A DNA stretch of 25,838 nt from a virus. Taxonomy: Duplodnaviria > Caudoviricetes. Of this stretch, positions 9,496 to 17,526 are shown piece by piece; positions within the stretch are counted from its first letter, which is position 1, and every line of letters starts with the position of its first letter. The translations under genes were made by a program, and so were the position numbers. Under the pieces are notes generated by a model. It saw nothing but the letters and a program-made list of their open reading frames with translations. It was not told the DNA's origin and did not search any database. The stretch lies in IMG/VR virus record IMGVR_UViG_3300020045_006224, positions 1 through 25,838 of that record; one strand, written 5' to 3'.

Positions 9496-9498
9496 ATT

Positions 9499-9506
9499 TA
9501 TATTTG
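9499..9506 (+). promoter_or_regulatory. -7 promoter element for the tmRNA gene
   Basis: TATATTTG just upstream of the predicted acceptor piece. Confidence 0.65.
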
Positions 9507-9509
9507 CAC

Positions 9510-9757
9510 TAGTTCATTGACGATTTATGATTTTTACTAGGACGGGAGTTCGATTCTCCCCGCTTCCACGAAACGTGCCGTGTAGCGTGTTTGGTTTAGT
9601 CAGCCGATATATAAATGACTAATTCGGGGGCGACTGGCTTTGACTGTAAATTAAGAGTAAATAAGAGAACTAAAAAAAATAACCGTAAAAGTTATCAAAT
9701 TGAATAACGAGTCATTAAGAATGGCATCGTAATTCCGTAAAAAGAACGAAACTCTAA
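9510..9757 (+). ncRNA. ssrA: Circularly permuted (two-piece) tmRNA
   Basis: 3' module GAC-GGGAG-TTCGATT-CTCCC-CGCTTCC-A (9541-9568) precedes 5' module GGGGGCG-ACTGGCTTTGAC (9626-9644); G3.U70 pair; cross-piece pairing TAGTTC/GAACTA, ATTTAT/GTAAAT, TTTAC/GTAAA; tag frame 9685-9732. Confidence 0.88.
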
Positions 9758-9793
9758 AAAAATTCCCTATCATTAATTTGTTAGGGAATTTTT
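9758..9793 (+). terminator. Intrinsic terminator after tmRNA
   Basis: AAAATTCCCTA...TAGGGAATTTT. Confidence 0.75.
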
Positions 9794-9794
9794 G

Positions 9795-9802
9795 TATATT
9801 TG
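9795..9802 (+). promoter_or_regulatory. -7 promoter element
   Basis: TATATTTG 15 nt before the ATG at 9818. Confidence 0.55.
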
Positions 9803-9817
9803 TTAAAAATTACACCA

Positions 9818-11515
9818 ATGAAAAAAATACTTTTATTTTTACTTTTATCGATTGCGGGATACGGGCAGGTAAGCACCGGACAAGAACAGGACTTTCCTTA
9901 TGGCATTATTAATAGTGCAACTCAAACGGTTACAAATCCAAATACGTTAGTAACACAAGGAGCAGACGGCACTTATGGCAAAGCATCGGTAAATAACATA
10001 CCTATTTCTATTCCAGTACAAGACTCCCTAAACAAAAAACTAAACTTACCTACTGGATTTTTACAAGGGTTACAATTATCAATAAATGTTGATCCGACAA
10101 AGTTTAATATCGCATCAGGTTATTACGTGGTTACTGATTTTTCAACCTTGACTCAACCAGTTGTTAAAATTATATCTTATGCGGGTGCAACGGGATTAAG
10201 CCCGGCTTATCTATTAACCGCAAATAGTACGTATGTAGCTTTAGATATTAATGGTACGCTTGTATCGAGTGCATCACCTTTTACAGACGCTCAAAGGCGT
10301 ACATTGGCTTTAGTTGGGAATGTGGTGCACCCAAATCATACTACCATAAATAACACAAATGAGATTAAAGCCCCGATAGTTGCAATAGGTAATCAATTAC
10401 ACGACTTTATGAAAGCGATTGGTTTCTTAAATGAAAACGGAAATATATATAGCCCAAACGGTGCAAATTTAATGCTAAATAAATCATCTGGGGATATTTT
10501 TGGAATGGGTATAAACTCTGCGGACTATTTAAACCCACATAAATTAACGATACCAGCGCAAACCGCTTTAACTTTTGCGTATAGATTTCAAAATGGAGTT
10601 CAAACAGCAGACACACAAAATATTAACCCTAATATATACGATGTTGGCGGGGTTTCAACAGCCGTACCGGTTGGTAGTAGATGGACTGTTCAAAGAATCA
10701 ATTTATTTCAGTCAGGAATAGCACGCATACAACCGGGGCAAACTGTTTATACGTCATTTAACGATGCGGTTATGTCTTTACCTACGCAATCCTTCGTAAC
10801 TGAACAGAATATCGCTGATAATGCAGTATTTCGTTGTTATTTAATTGTTCAACAAGGCACGACAAATTTAGCTAGTGCAGTTGCAGGCGGTACAGCTCAA
10901 TTTGTGCCAGTTGATAAATTTGGAAATATTATTGGTAATGGTAGTGTTGCTTTGACGTATAGTAATATCGTAGCGGCTTTGGGATATACGCCGGCAAACG
11001 ATGCAGATGTGGTTAAATTGACAGGAGGTCAAACAATAGCAGGATTGAAAAATTTTACTACAGGATTAGTAAATTCAGACCCTGTGTTAACCGATAAAGC
11101 CGTAACAGTAGACAACGGAGTTCTTAAATTATCGAGTGGGGCAATTGAAGACCAATTAAGCATTTTAGCTTCAAACATAACAGCCGATAGGAGTGTGGAA
11201 TTTCCAGACGATAGCGGAACAGTAGCATTGACAAAATTAACAGTCCGTAAAATATCAACAAATACAACACTATCAAATACCGACAACGGAACAATAATTT
11301 TATTAACTGCATCATGTACCGTAACTTTGCCAAATGGATTAATGGGTGGTTTTAACTGTTCTTTTTCTACTCAAACAGGCGTAACAATGACATACGCGTT
11401 AGGCGGTTCAGTAGTTTTAATAAACAATACGGGAACAACAATGGCAGAAAAATTAAGCCATACAATTGTAAATACAGGGGTTTCAAACGAATATTTAACA
11501 GCAGGGTCATTATGA
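9818..11515 (+). CDS. Fibre/adhesin-like protein with predicted Sec signal peptide
   Basis: MKKILLFLLLSIAGYG-Q; fibre-like motifs ALGYTPAN and VKLTGGQTIAGLKNF. Confidence 0.65.
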   Translation: MKKILLFLLLSIAGYGQVSTGQEQDFPYGIINSATQTVTNPNTLVTQGADGTYGKASVNNIPISIPVQDSLNKKLNLPTGFLQGLQLSINVDPTKFNIASGYYVVTDFSTLTQPVVKIISYAGATGLSPAYLLTANSTYVALDINGTLVSSASPFTDAQRRTLALVGNVVHPNHTTINNTNEIKAPIVAIGNQLHDFMKAIGFLNENGNIYSPNGANLMLNKSSGDIFGMGINSADYLNPHKLTIPAQTALTFAYRFQNGVQTADTQNINPNIYDVGGVSTAVPVGSRWTVQRINLFQSGIARIQPGQTVYTSFNDAVMSLPTQSFVTEQNIADNAVFRCYLIVQQGTTNLASAVAGGTAQFVPVDKFGNIIGNGSVALTYSNIVAALGYTPANDADVVKLTGGQTIAGLKNFTTGLVNSDPVLTDKAVTVDNGVLKLSSGAIEDQLSILASNITADRSVEFPDDSGTVALTKLTVRKISTNTTLSNTDNGTIILLTASCTVTLPNGLMGGFNCSFSTQTGVTMTYALGGSVVLINNTGTTMAEKLSHTIVNTGVSNEYLTAGSL

Positions 11516-13074
11516 GAAAATATATAATTTTATTTTTGTTGTGGGGTATTTTTGGAAATGCTCAATATAATTTATTTGCAAGACAAAATTTTGCGTATAA
11601 AACAATAAGCGCGCCAACGTTTAACACGTATATTGGCGGAGTTTCTGGAACAATTACAAGCGCATCGAGTTTGGCTACTAAGCTAGGTATTTCAGTTGTA
11701 AATATATCTGATTTTACAATTGTAGGAAGTGATATTAAATGTAAAATTACCGGTACTTATGAAATGCCAATAGGTTGTTGGCTTAATGATATAGCAATAA
11801 GTTATTATATAGATTCAGATAATTTAGTTACTAAATTAAAGACGCAAGCATTCAGGTATACAACGGCGATGAAGAGATTTGAATTTAATGGATGTACAGA
11901 AATAGAGGCTTACCAATTTGAAAATAATGCGCGTGAATTTATCTTTAAAGAGTGTCTAATTATAGGGGCTAATGCTTTTAGAGGCGCGTCTTATGCGGCA
12001 GCCGAAAAAGTATATTATATCCCAAAAGCCACAATTTTAGGCGCGTCAGTTGGAAATGACAATGTTTTTGATGTTAATTTTGGTGATATAAAAGTTTATA
12101 CAAATCCAATACTAGCAACTATAAACGCTGGCGGGGCTGAGGGAGACTTAGTTAATAACGCTCAACGTTCAATGACAGTGGCTTACGTAACTAACTATAC
12201 TGCGCCAAACCCTATAACAGATTTGTCTTCTGGGATAGTTTCAAAAAGCAGTATTCAATTAAATTTCACGGCACCAACGGGGAGCACAAATGCGATAAGC
12301 TATTATGATGCTTACATAAATGGTGAGTATAGACAGAAAATAACGGCAAGCGGACAGTATATCACTGGATTTTTACCAAATACTATGTATAGCATTGAAT
12401 TGAATCCAGTTGATATTTTTTATAATAAAAGCACAAGTAATATAATTAATGTTACTACGGCTGTAACCGACAACTATCCAACAGCAGGACTAATTTCTTA
12501 TTGGAAAATGGAATCTAGTTCTATTGATAGTTATGGCTCAAATAATGGCACAGATACCGCGGTAACTCATGCTTTAGGGAAAGTCAATAACACGGCTGTT
12601 TACGATGGCTCAACTTCAAAAACAATAATCGGAAATCCAGCAAATCTGCAAATATCTCAAGGCACTTTATCTTGTTGGATCAAAACAAGCGGGGCAGGAA
12701 GTTCTTACCGTTCTATTTTTGGGAAAACAGATGCTTATAACATGTTTTTGGTTGACGGAGTTTTTGGAATATACAGCTGGGCGGGGGCTACAGGATTTAA
12801 GAGTACCGGGGTAAACTTAAACGATGGATTATGGCATCATATCGCATTTGTGTTTGAAAGCGGAACGTCTTTGAATTATTTATATGTAGATGGGGTTTTA
12901 AAATTAACAACTTCAATGACTATATCCACTCAAGCTAGTAATTTTTGTATAGGTTCGAGTAATTCAATTCAGAATTTTAATGGGCAAATTGATGAAGCGT
13001 CAGTCCACAATATGAAATTAACATTGTCCGAAATTCAATTCATCTATAATAGCGGAATAGGAATAACTTTATAA
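11512..13074 (+). CDS. Signal-peptide protein with BspA-type LRR-like, FN3-like and LamG-like domains
   Basis: MRKYIILFLLWGIFGNA-Q; IGANAF; APNPITDLS...SIQLNFT...LPNTMYSI; TLSCWIK...DGLWHHIAFV...LYVDG...FNGQIDE. Confidence 0.75.
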   Translation: MRKYIILFLLWGIFGNAQYNLFARQNFAYKTISAPTFNTYIGGVSGTITSASSLATKLGISVVNISDFTIVGSDIKCKITGTYEMPIGCWLNDIAISYYIDSDNLVTKLKTQAFRYTTAMKRFEFNGCTEIEAYQFENNAREFIFKECLIIGANAFRGASYAAAEKVYYIPKATILGASVGNDNVFDVNFGDIKVYTNPILATINAGGAEGDLVNNAQRSMTVAYVTNYTAPNPITDLSSGIVSKSSIQLNFTAPTGSTNAISYYDAYINGEYRQKITASGQYITGFLPNTMYSIELNPVDIFYNKSTSNIINVTTAVTDNYPTAGLISYWKMESSSIDSYGSNNGTDTAVTHALGKVNNTAVYDGSTSKTIIGNPANLQISQGTLSCWIKTSGAGSSYRSIFGKTDAYNMFLVDGVFGIYSWAGATGFKSTGVNLNDGLWHHIAFVFESGTSLNYLYVDGVLKLTTSMTISTQASNFCIGSSNSIQNFNGQIDEASVHNMKLTLSEIQFIYNSGIGITL

Positions 13075-13085
13075 AACAAAACAAT

Positions 13086-13466
13086 ATGAAAGTAATATCT
13101 AAAACAAAGGCAATTCTAGTAAATGACCGTGAGGGAAAACTAGAGGAATTTATTCAAATTGAAATAAAACAAACTAATCGCGACGCAGAAAGAAAAGAGT
13201 ACACTTTTGAGACAATCGACAGTTTGATATTTGAACCTAAAACAGAAAACGAAAGTACACAAGTACATAAAAATCGTCACGGTGAAGCTCAAATAAAATC
13301 TTATACAAAATCTTATGAAGAGTATGACGCGCAAAAAGAACTATTATTAAAAGCATATCCAAGTGAGTTAATAGGTAGTGAATTAGACGACTATTTATTA
13401 CTTTGTGCATTAATGTATAATTTACAAATTGACCCGATATATGGGGTTGAATTTGAACCAAAATAA
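13086..13466 (+). CDS. Hypothetical protein (possible fibre chaperone)
   Basis: Acidic 126 aa ORF after the fibre-like genes; function from position only. Confidence 0.55.
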   Translation: MKVISKTKAILVNDREGKLEEFIQIEIKQTNRDAERKEYTFETIDSLIFEPKTENESTQVHKNRHGEAQIKSYTKSYEEYDAQKELLLKAYPSELIGSELDDYLLLCALMYNLQIDPIYGVEFEPK

Positions 13467-13555
13467 TGAAGTGGGTAAAATGGATTTTAATAGTTATTTT
13501 AATATTGCTATTTGGATATTTTACAAAAGATAACGTAATTTTAAACAATTTATAA
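13466..13555 (+). CDS. 29 aa single-TM peptide (not in ORF track)
   Basis: MKWVKWILIVILILLFGYFTKDNVILNNL; TAATG coupling; fills the gap exactly. Confidence 0.5.
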   Translation: MKWVKWILIVILILLFGYFTKDNVILNNL

Positions 13556-13557
13556 AT

Positions 13558-13788
13558 ATGAAAACAAGATTAATTACATGGCTCATTACATTGAGTGCAT
13601 TTTTAGACACGGCTTACGGAGTATTGGCCGACAATTCAGGATTATTAGCAGAGTTAGGTATTTCTCCAAAAGTTACGAAAGTAATTTTAATGGTTGGTAT
13701 TTTATGGACTGCTTTTAGTAAAAAATTGGAGTTGACTAAACCGAAAGATGTACAAAGCATCATATCCCCAAAGCCCCCAAGACCGTAA
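13558..13788 (+). CDS. Holin-like membrane protein
   Basis: Two hydrophobic segments and a basic Pro-rich tail, upstream of the endolysin. Confidence 0.55.
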   Translation: MKTRLITWLITLSAFLDTAYGVLADNSGLLAELGISPKVTKVILMVGILWTAFSKKLELTKPKDVQSIISPKPPRP

Positions 13789-13793
13789 TTTAA

Positions 13794-14132
13794 ATGAGAC
13801 TAATACACAAAATAATGTTATTAATGCCAATTGTTTTAATTTGGTGTGAGTTATTTTGTGTATTATTTTTTGTTAAAACTGATTTTTACGCAAATAATTT
13901 TGAATCGATAAATATTATTGACACTTTTTTAGTTGGTGCGTGTGGAACTCACTTTATATTTTTCCATTTTTTATACACTAGAATTTCTAAAATATATCTA
14001 TCTTGTATTTATTCAATTGTGATATTAAATTTTTTGTATATTTACCTTACAGATGAAATATATTATTTCCTTTATTATTCTATTATTTTAACCTACATAT
14101 TATTACCGTTTTGGAAGAAGAAAAAGCCTTAG
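13794..14132 (+). CDS. Multi-pass membrane protein
   Basis: About four hydrophobic segments in 112 aa. Confidence 0.6.
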   Translation: MRLIHKIMLLMPIVLIWCELFCVLFFVKTDFYANNFESINIIDTFLVGACGTHFIFFHFLYTRISKIYLSCIYSIVILNFLYIYLTDEIYYFLYYSIILTYILLPFWKKKKP

Positions 14133-14416
14133 AAAAATTTCAGATGCAAAAAATGGAAGAGCATCTAAAAAGAATGAAAGAGTCTGTTGAGTCTACAAAT
14201 GAATCTATTCATAAGATTTCAAATGCTTTGGTCGGAAATGAATATACAGGCGGAATAGGTATGGTTCATACATTGCAAAAAGTAAAGAATGATGTTGAAA
14301 AGAATCAAGACGATATCGCTTTATTAAAGGATAATATGGGTTTGATAAAATGGTTTGCTAGTGGTATTGGAGGTTTAGTAGCTGCAATAATAATTTATTT
14401 ACTTGGGAAAATATGA
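14111..14416 (+). CDS. Coiled-coil protein with C-terminal TM (holin/antiholin candidate)
   Basis: Heptad-like N-terminus, hydrophobic C-terminus, ATGA overlap with the lysozyme; start may be ATG 14144. Confidence 0.6.
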   Translation: MEEEKALEKFQMQKMEEHLKRMKESVESTNESIHKISNALVGNEYTGGIGMVHTLQKVKNDVEKNQDDIALLKDNMGLIKWFASGIGGLVAAIIIYLLGKI

Positions 14417-14889
14417 AAACTTCACAAATTGGAATTGACACAATAAAATATTTTGAAGGATTGCATGATGGAAATTTAAAAGAAATTGGATTGCAGCCTA
14501 AAAAAGATCCGGTTGGAATTTGGACAGAGGGATACGGTCACGCAATGAGAGATAGTAAAGGTAATTTTTTAAAGGGTAAAACAATGCCAAAAGCAACCAT
14601 TACAAATGAAACAATAGCTGAATGTTTACTAAAATTAGATTTAGAATCATTTGAATTATTGGTTATGCGTAAATTAAAACGAAAAGTTAAACAAAATGAG
14701 TTTGATGCTTTGGTTATTTTTGTTTATAATTGTGGAGTGTCACGAACTTTATTTGAAATGGTAAATAGTAATAATCCATTATTAAAAGATTGGTGGGTAT
14801 CTCATTACATTACGGGACAAGGAAATCCAAAACCATTAAATGGATTAATCGCAAGGAGAAAAGCAGAGGCAAAAATATATTTTTTATGA
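14413..14889 (+). CDS. Endolysin, GH24 lysozyme
   Basis: FEG...DPVGIWTEGYGH, QNEFDALVIFVYNCG, GLIARRKAE. Confidence 0.9.
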   Translation: MKTSQIGIDTIKYFEGLHDGNLKEIGLQPKKDPVGIWTEGYGHAMRDSKGNFLKGKTMPKATITNETIAECLLKLDLESFELLVMRKLKRKVKQNEFDALVIFVYNCGVSRTLFEMVNSNNPLLKDWWVSHYITGQGNPKPLNGLIARRKAEAKIYFL

Positions 14890-15317
14890 GACTACTAATT
14901 TCCACTATTTTAGCAATTATCATTTTATCGTTTCTATTTGGATGCGGAACTCGTAAAACCGATAATAAATACCATGAAATAAAGTCTAATTATCTATTTA
15001 ATGATAGTTCGTATATATTAACTCAAAATATTAGATTAAATGACATAGGAGAGCTTATGCCAATTGACAATACAAAGCCTTTCTTTGTAGATGGAAAAAA
15101 ATATTTCAATGTTTCAATAAAATTTGATAAATCAAAATTTGAAGATTTTGAATTGAATAAAAAAAATATTGGAACTACGTCTGGAAAATCTGAAATTTTA
15201 GATAATAAAACAACAGAAAAAACCGATAATACATTTCTATATATCGGTTTATTTTTAGTATTAATATTAGGCATTTTAGCTTGGTTTAAATTGCCTAGTT
15301 TTAGAAAGGGCATTTAG
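14886..15317 (+). CDS. Putative unimolecular spanin
   Basis: Start re-called at ATG 14886; lipobox LFG-C plus C-terminal TM; follows the endolysin. Confidence 0.7.
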   Translation: MRLLISTILAIIILSFLFGCGTRKTDNKYHEIKSNYLFNDSSYILTQNIRLNDIGELMPIDNTKPFFVDGKKYFNVSIKFDKSKFEDFELNKKNIGTTSGKSEILDNKTTEKTDNTFLYIGLFLVLILGILAWFKLPSFRKGI

Positions 15318-15480
15318 ATTTTTCTTTAGGAATTAGACCGTCATACTCTCGTTTAATCTTTTCAGCTATTGCATCCCGGCAAAACTTACCCACATCGACA
15401 TTATAAGACTTCATTTTTACCAATGTGCGGTGCTGTGTTTCTGAAATACGTATAACCTTTGTTTTAGTGAGTAGTTTCAT
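15301..15480 (-). CDS. 59 aa RHH-like DNA-binding protein (not in ORF track)
   Basis: MKLLTKTKVIRISETQHRTLVKMKSYNVDVGKFCRDAIAEKIKREYDGLIPKEKSKCPF; strand-helix-helix pattern. Confidence 0.65.
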   Translation of the reverse strand: MKLLTKTKVIRISETQHRTLVKMKSYNVDVGKFCRDAIAEKIKREYDGLIPKEKSKCPF

Positions 15481-15519
15481 AATTGTAATACATTTATAGC
15501 TGTTAGCGAGTAGTTATGC
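15464..15519 (+). other. attI-like terminal half site
   Basis: Core GTTATGC at 15513 without a preceding hairpin; direct repeat TTAGYGAGTAGTT at 15464-15476 and 15503-15515. Confidence 0.5.
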
Positions 15520-15528
15520 CTAATACTA

Positions 15529-15741
15529 CTATGCGTGAGTATCACCAGCCAATCTCCAAGAATTTACATCTTTAAAAAACAATTGTTCTCCGCTATCAAT
15601 TTGAGTGAAAACAATTCCTTTTCTAACGAAATTACAATCTCTTACAACTGTATCGTTGTTTATTAAAACATCATATAAAAACCCTCCTTCTTGTGGTTTC
15701 TTTGCTCTTAAAGATTTCCACGATTGCAATCTTTTTGCCAT
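15529..15741 (-). CDS. Cassette 1 hypothetical protein
   Basis: 70 aa; stop abuts the cassette boundary. Confidence 0.7.
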   Translation of the reverse strand: MAKRLQSWKSLRAKKPQEGGFLYDVLINNDTVVRDCNFVRKGIVFTQIDSGEQLFFKDVNSWRLAGDTHA

Positions 15742-15792
15742 AATTATTTTTTGTTTATTGTTTATTGTTAATATTTACTTTTGCCGTACTAG

Positions 15793-15872
15793 GCATAACA
15801 GCGGTTACATTTCAGCAGCCGAAATCTCGTAGCTGGATAGGCTGCCGAAACTGTAGCCGCAGGACGTTGTAG
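15793..15872 (+). repeat. attC-like site 1 (80 bp)
   Basis: GCATAAC-A-GCGGTTACATTTCAGCAGCC...GGCTGCCGAAACTGTAGCCGC-AGGAC-GTTGTAG. Confidence 0.8.
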
Positions 15873-15913
15873 GTAAGTTTGCTCAACTTTGTAGCCAAAG
15901 CTACGTAGGTGTT

Positions 15914-16072
15914 TTAAAATATAGGTTTTCCGTTCTTATTTATAGGAATTCCTGTAATTGTGCGTGTTTCACGTTTTGTATTAAGTGAAATATATTTTCT
16001 TTTCCCTTTAAGAAGCTCTTTAACTTTTGTTCTATGATAATCTCCTTCGTACAATCTATTTCTAATTTCCAT
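15914..16072 (-). CDS. Cassette 2 ORF b, 52 aa basic protein (not in ORF track)
   Basis: MEIRNRLYEGDYHRTKVKELLKGKRKYISLNTKRETRTITGIPINKNGKPIF with A-rich leader. Confidence 0.55.
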   Translation of the reverse strand: MEIRNRLYEGDYHRTKVKELLKGKRKYISLNTKRETRTITGIPINKNGKPIF

Positions 16073-16091
16073 TTTATTTATATTTTATTTT

Positions 16092-16235
16092 TTAGTCTTT
16101 CCATTCTGACCATTGTTGCATTTTTACAACTTCTAAGTTTCTCAATTCTAGTTCTTCACTTTCAGATAATGAAATTTTCTTTTTTAATTCATCTATTCTG
16201 TAAATTGTTTTAAATAATTTTTCTTTTGCATTCAT
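16092..16235 (-). CDS. Cassette 2 ORF a, 47 aa (not in ORF track)
   Basis: MNAKEKLFKTIYRIDELKKKISLSESEELELRNLEVVKMQQWSEWKD. Confidence 0.55.
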   Translation of the reverse strand: MNAKEKLFKTIYRIDELKKKISLSESEELELRNLEVVKMQQWSEWKD

Positions 16236-16260
16236 AATTCGTGTGATTTAAAAAACCTAC

Positions 16261-16391
16261 CTACAACAATATATTGTACTTATAGCTAGATTTTGGTTTA
16301 ATTTATTGATTTGTAATTCTTGTTATTATTAGTTTTTAACCGTTTTATTGTCTTGTGTCAGTCGCTACAAGTACAATAATTGACGTTAGTA
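16261..16391 (+). repeat. attC-like site 2 (131 bp)
   Basis: CTACAAC...ATTGTACTTATAGC...GCTACAAGTACAAT...GTTAGTA. Confidence 0.75.
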
Positions 16392-16397
16392 GCAAGA

Positions 16398-16538
16398 CTA
16401 TGATTCGCTTTTAATAGAAACTATTTCGTATTCTAGTTTCATTATTTTGTAGTTTTTTTCATCTATCGAGTTATTAATACTGTTTTTAATTTTTTCAATT
16501 TCTTTTTCAAGTATTTTTATTCTAAATTCATTTTCCAT
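16398..16538 (-). CDS. Cassette 3 ORF, 46 aa coiled-coil-like (not in ORF track)
   Basis: MENEFRIKILEKEIEKIKNSINNSIDEKNYKIMKLEYEIVSIKSES; stop abuts the boundary. Confidence 0.6.
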   Translation of the reverse strand: MENEFRIKILEKEIEKIKNSINNSIDEKNYKIMKLEYEIVSIKSES

Positions 16539-16585
16539 TTTTATTTATTTTTTATAAGTTAATTTATCTTTAATATCCGTCCAGC

Positions 16586-16715
16586 TACTAACATACGATT
16601 GTAGCAAGTGGATTTTAGTCTTTAATTTAAACATAGTTTTGTACTTTTAAGATTAGTCATTAATTTAATTTTCAGGATTTATCTTTTCCACCTGCTACAA
16701 TCTTTCCCGTTAGGT
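16586..16715 (+). repeat. attC-like site 3 (130 bp)
   Basis: TACTAAC...GATTGTAGCAAGTGGA...TCCACCTGCTACAATC...GTTAGGT. Confidence 0.8.
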
Positions 16716-16721
16716 GTAATA

Positions 16722-17132
16722 CTAATCATCGTAGTAATTAGAAGGTTCTCGTTCCTTAATGAAATACTTACACCATTTTACTATATGGTTATTGTATAAT
16801 TCAGAAAGTTCTGCAATATCTTCGCCCCAATATTCATCATCAGTAAAATACAATCTACCTTCCCAAACACCTCTCCAGCAAAACGAACCTTCTAATTTTT
16901 TCAAGCATTTATCTTCTTCAAATATTTCTCGTTCATCAGGTTCATTTTCTTTATCAATATAACTTGTTCCTTCTTTTCCAGTCGGTAAATGTTTCCAATC
17001 TTGAACTGGGTAAACTTCAAATTCTAATCTATATGCATCTGTTTTAAAATGAATTACATAATCCATCATTCTAACCCGTACTACACCTAACAGCGGTTTT
17101 GAGCAAGCGGGTATTTGGTTTAATTCAGTCAT
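16722..17132 (-). CDS. Cassette 4 hypothetical protein
   Basis: 136 aa; first ATG lies inside attC-like site 4. Confidence 0.75.
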   Translation of the reverse strand: MTELNQIPACSKPLLGVVRVRMMDYVIHFKTDAYRLEFEVYPVQDWKHLPTGKEGTSYIDKENEPDEREIFEEDKCLKKLEGSFCWRGVWEGRLYFTDDEYWGEDIAELSELYNNHIVKWCKYFIKEREPSNYYDD

Positions 17133-17214
17133 TGTTTTGTATTTTTATTATTTGTGATTAATTCAATTATTCGGTTTTATTTTCCCGCCTGCACAAAGCC
17201 GCCGAACGTTAGCA
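17085..17214 (+). repeat. attC-like site 4 (130 bp)
   Basis: ACCTAAC-A-GCGGTTTTGAGCAAGCGGG...CCCGCCTGCACAAAGCCGC-CGAAC-GTTAGCA. Confidence 0.8.
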
Positions 17215-17218
17215 GTAA

Positions 17219-17455
17219 TTACAACTCTGCCCAGTGAGTAACTATATTTTCAGTCATAAAACCTAAAATATTCCTGTTTGGTCTATTTCTAAATGGTTTT
17301 TCATCTTCCGAACCATCAGTAAATTTTACACGGTAGTAATCTTCTTTTTTTGGAAGTCTATCGTGAATACTTATCCAATTAACTACTGCTAACAGTGGTT
17401 TTGACTTATTGCCGTTTTCGGCTGTATTTTCAGTTGGTTTTGTACTTGTATTCAT
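17219..17455 (-). CDS. Cassette 5 DUF551-like protein
   Basis: WISIHDRLP...VTHW motif; start inside attC-like site 5. Confidence 0.7.
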   Translation of the reverse strand: MNTSTKPTENTAENGNKSKPLLAVVNWISIHDRLPKKEDYYRVKFTDGSEDEKPFRNRPNRNILGFMTENIVTHWAEL

Positions 17456-17520
17456 TGTGTTTAATTTAAAGATTAGGTCTTATTTTATCGGCAACAAGAC
17501 AAAGCCACGATACGTTAGTA
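17387..17520 (+). repeat. attC-like site 5 (134 bp)
   Basis: TGCTAAC-A-GTGGTTTTGACTTATTGCCG...CGGCAACAAGACAAAGCCAC-GATAC-GTTAGTA. Confidence 0.8.
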
Positions 17521-17526
17521 GCAAGA

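Noticed and set aside
9541-9570. tRNA-Ala gene or attP fragment of host ssrA
   Set aside because: No D or anticodon arm upstream; the matching 5' strand and a tag frame lie downstream, fitting a complete permuted tmRNA
5409-15313. Short minus-strand ORFs (5409, 7234, 10407, 11029, 11124, 13140, 13237, 15023)
   Set aside because: Antisense to well-supported genes, with no recognisable features
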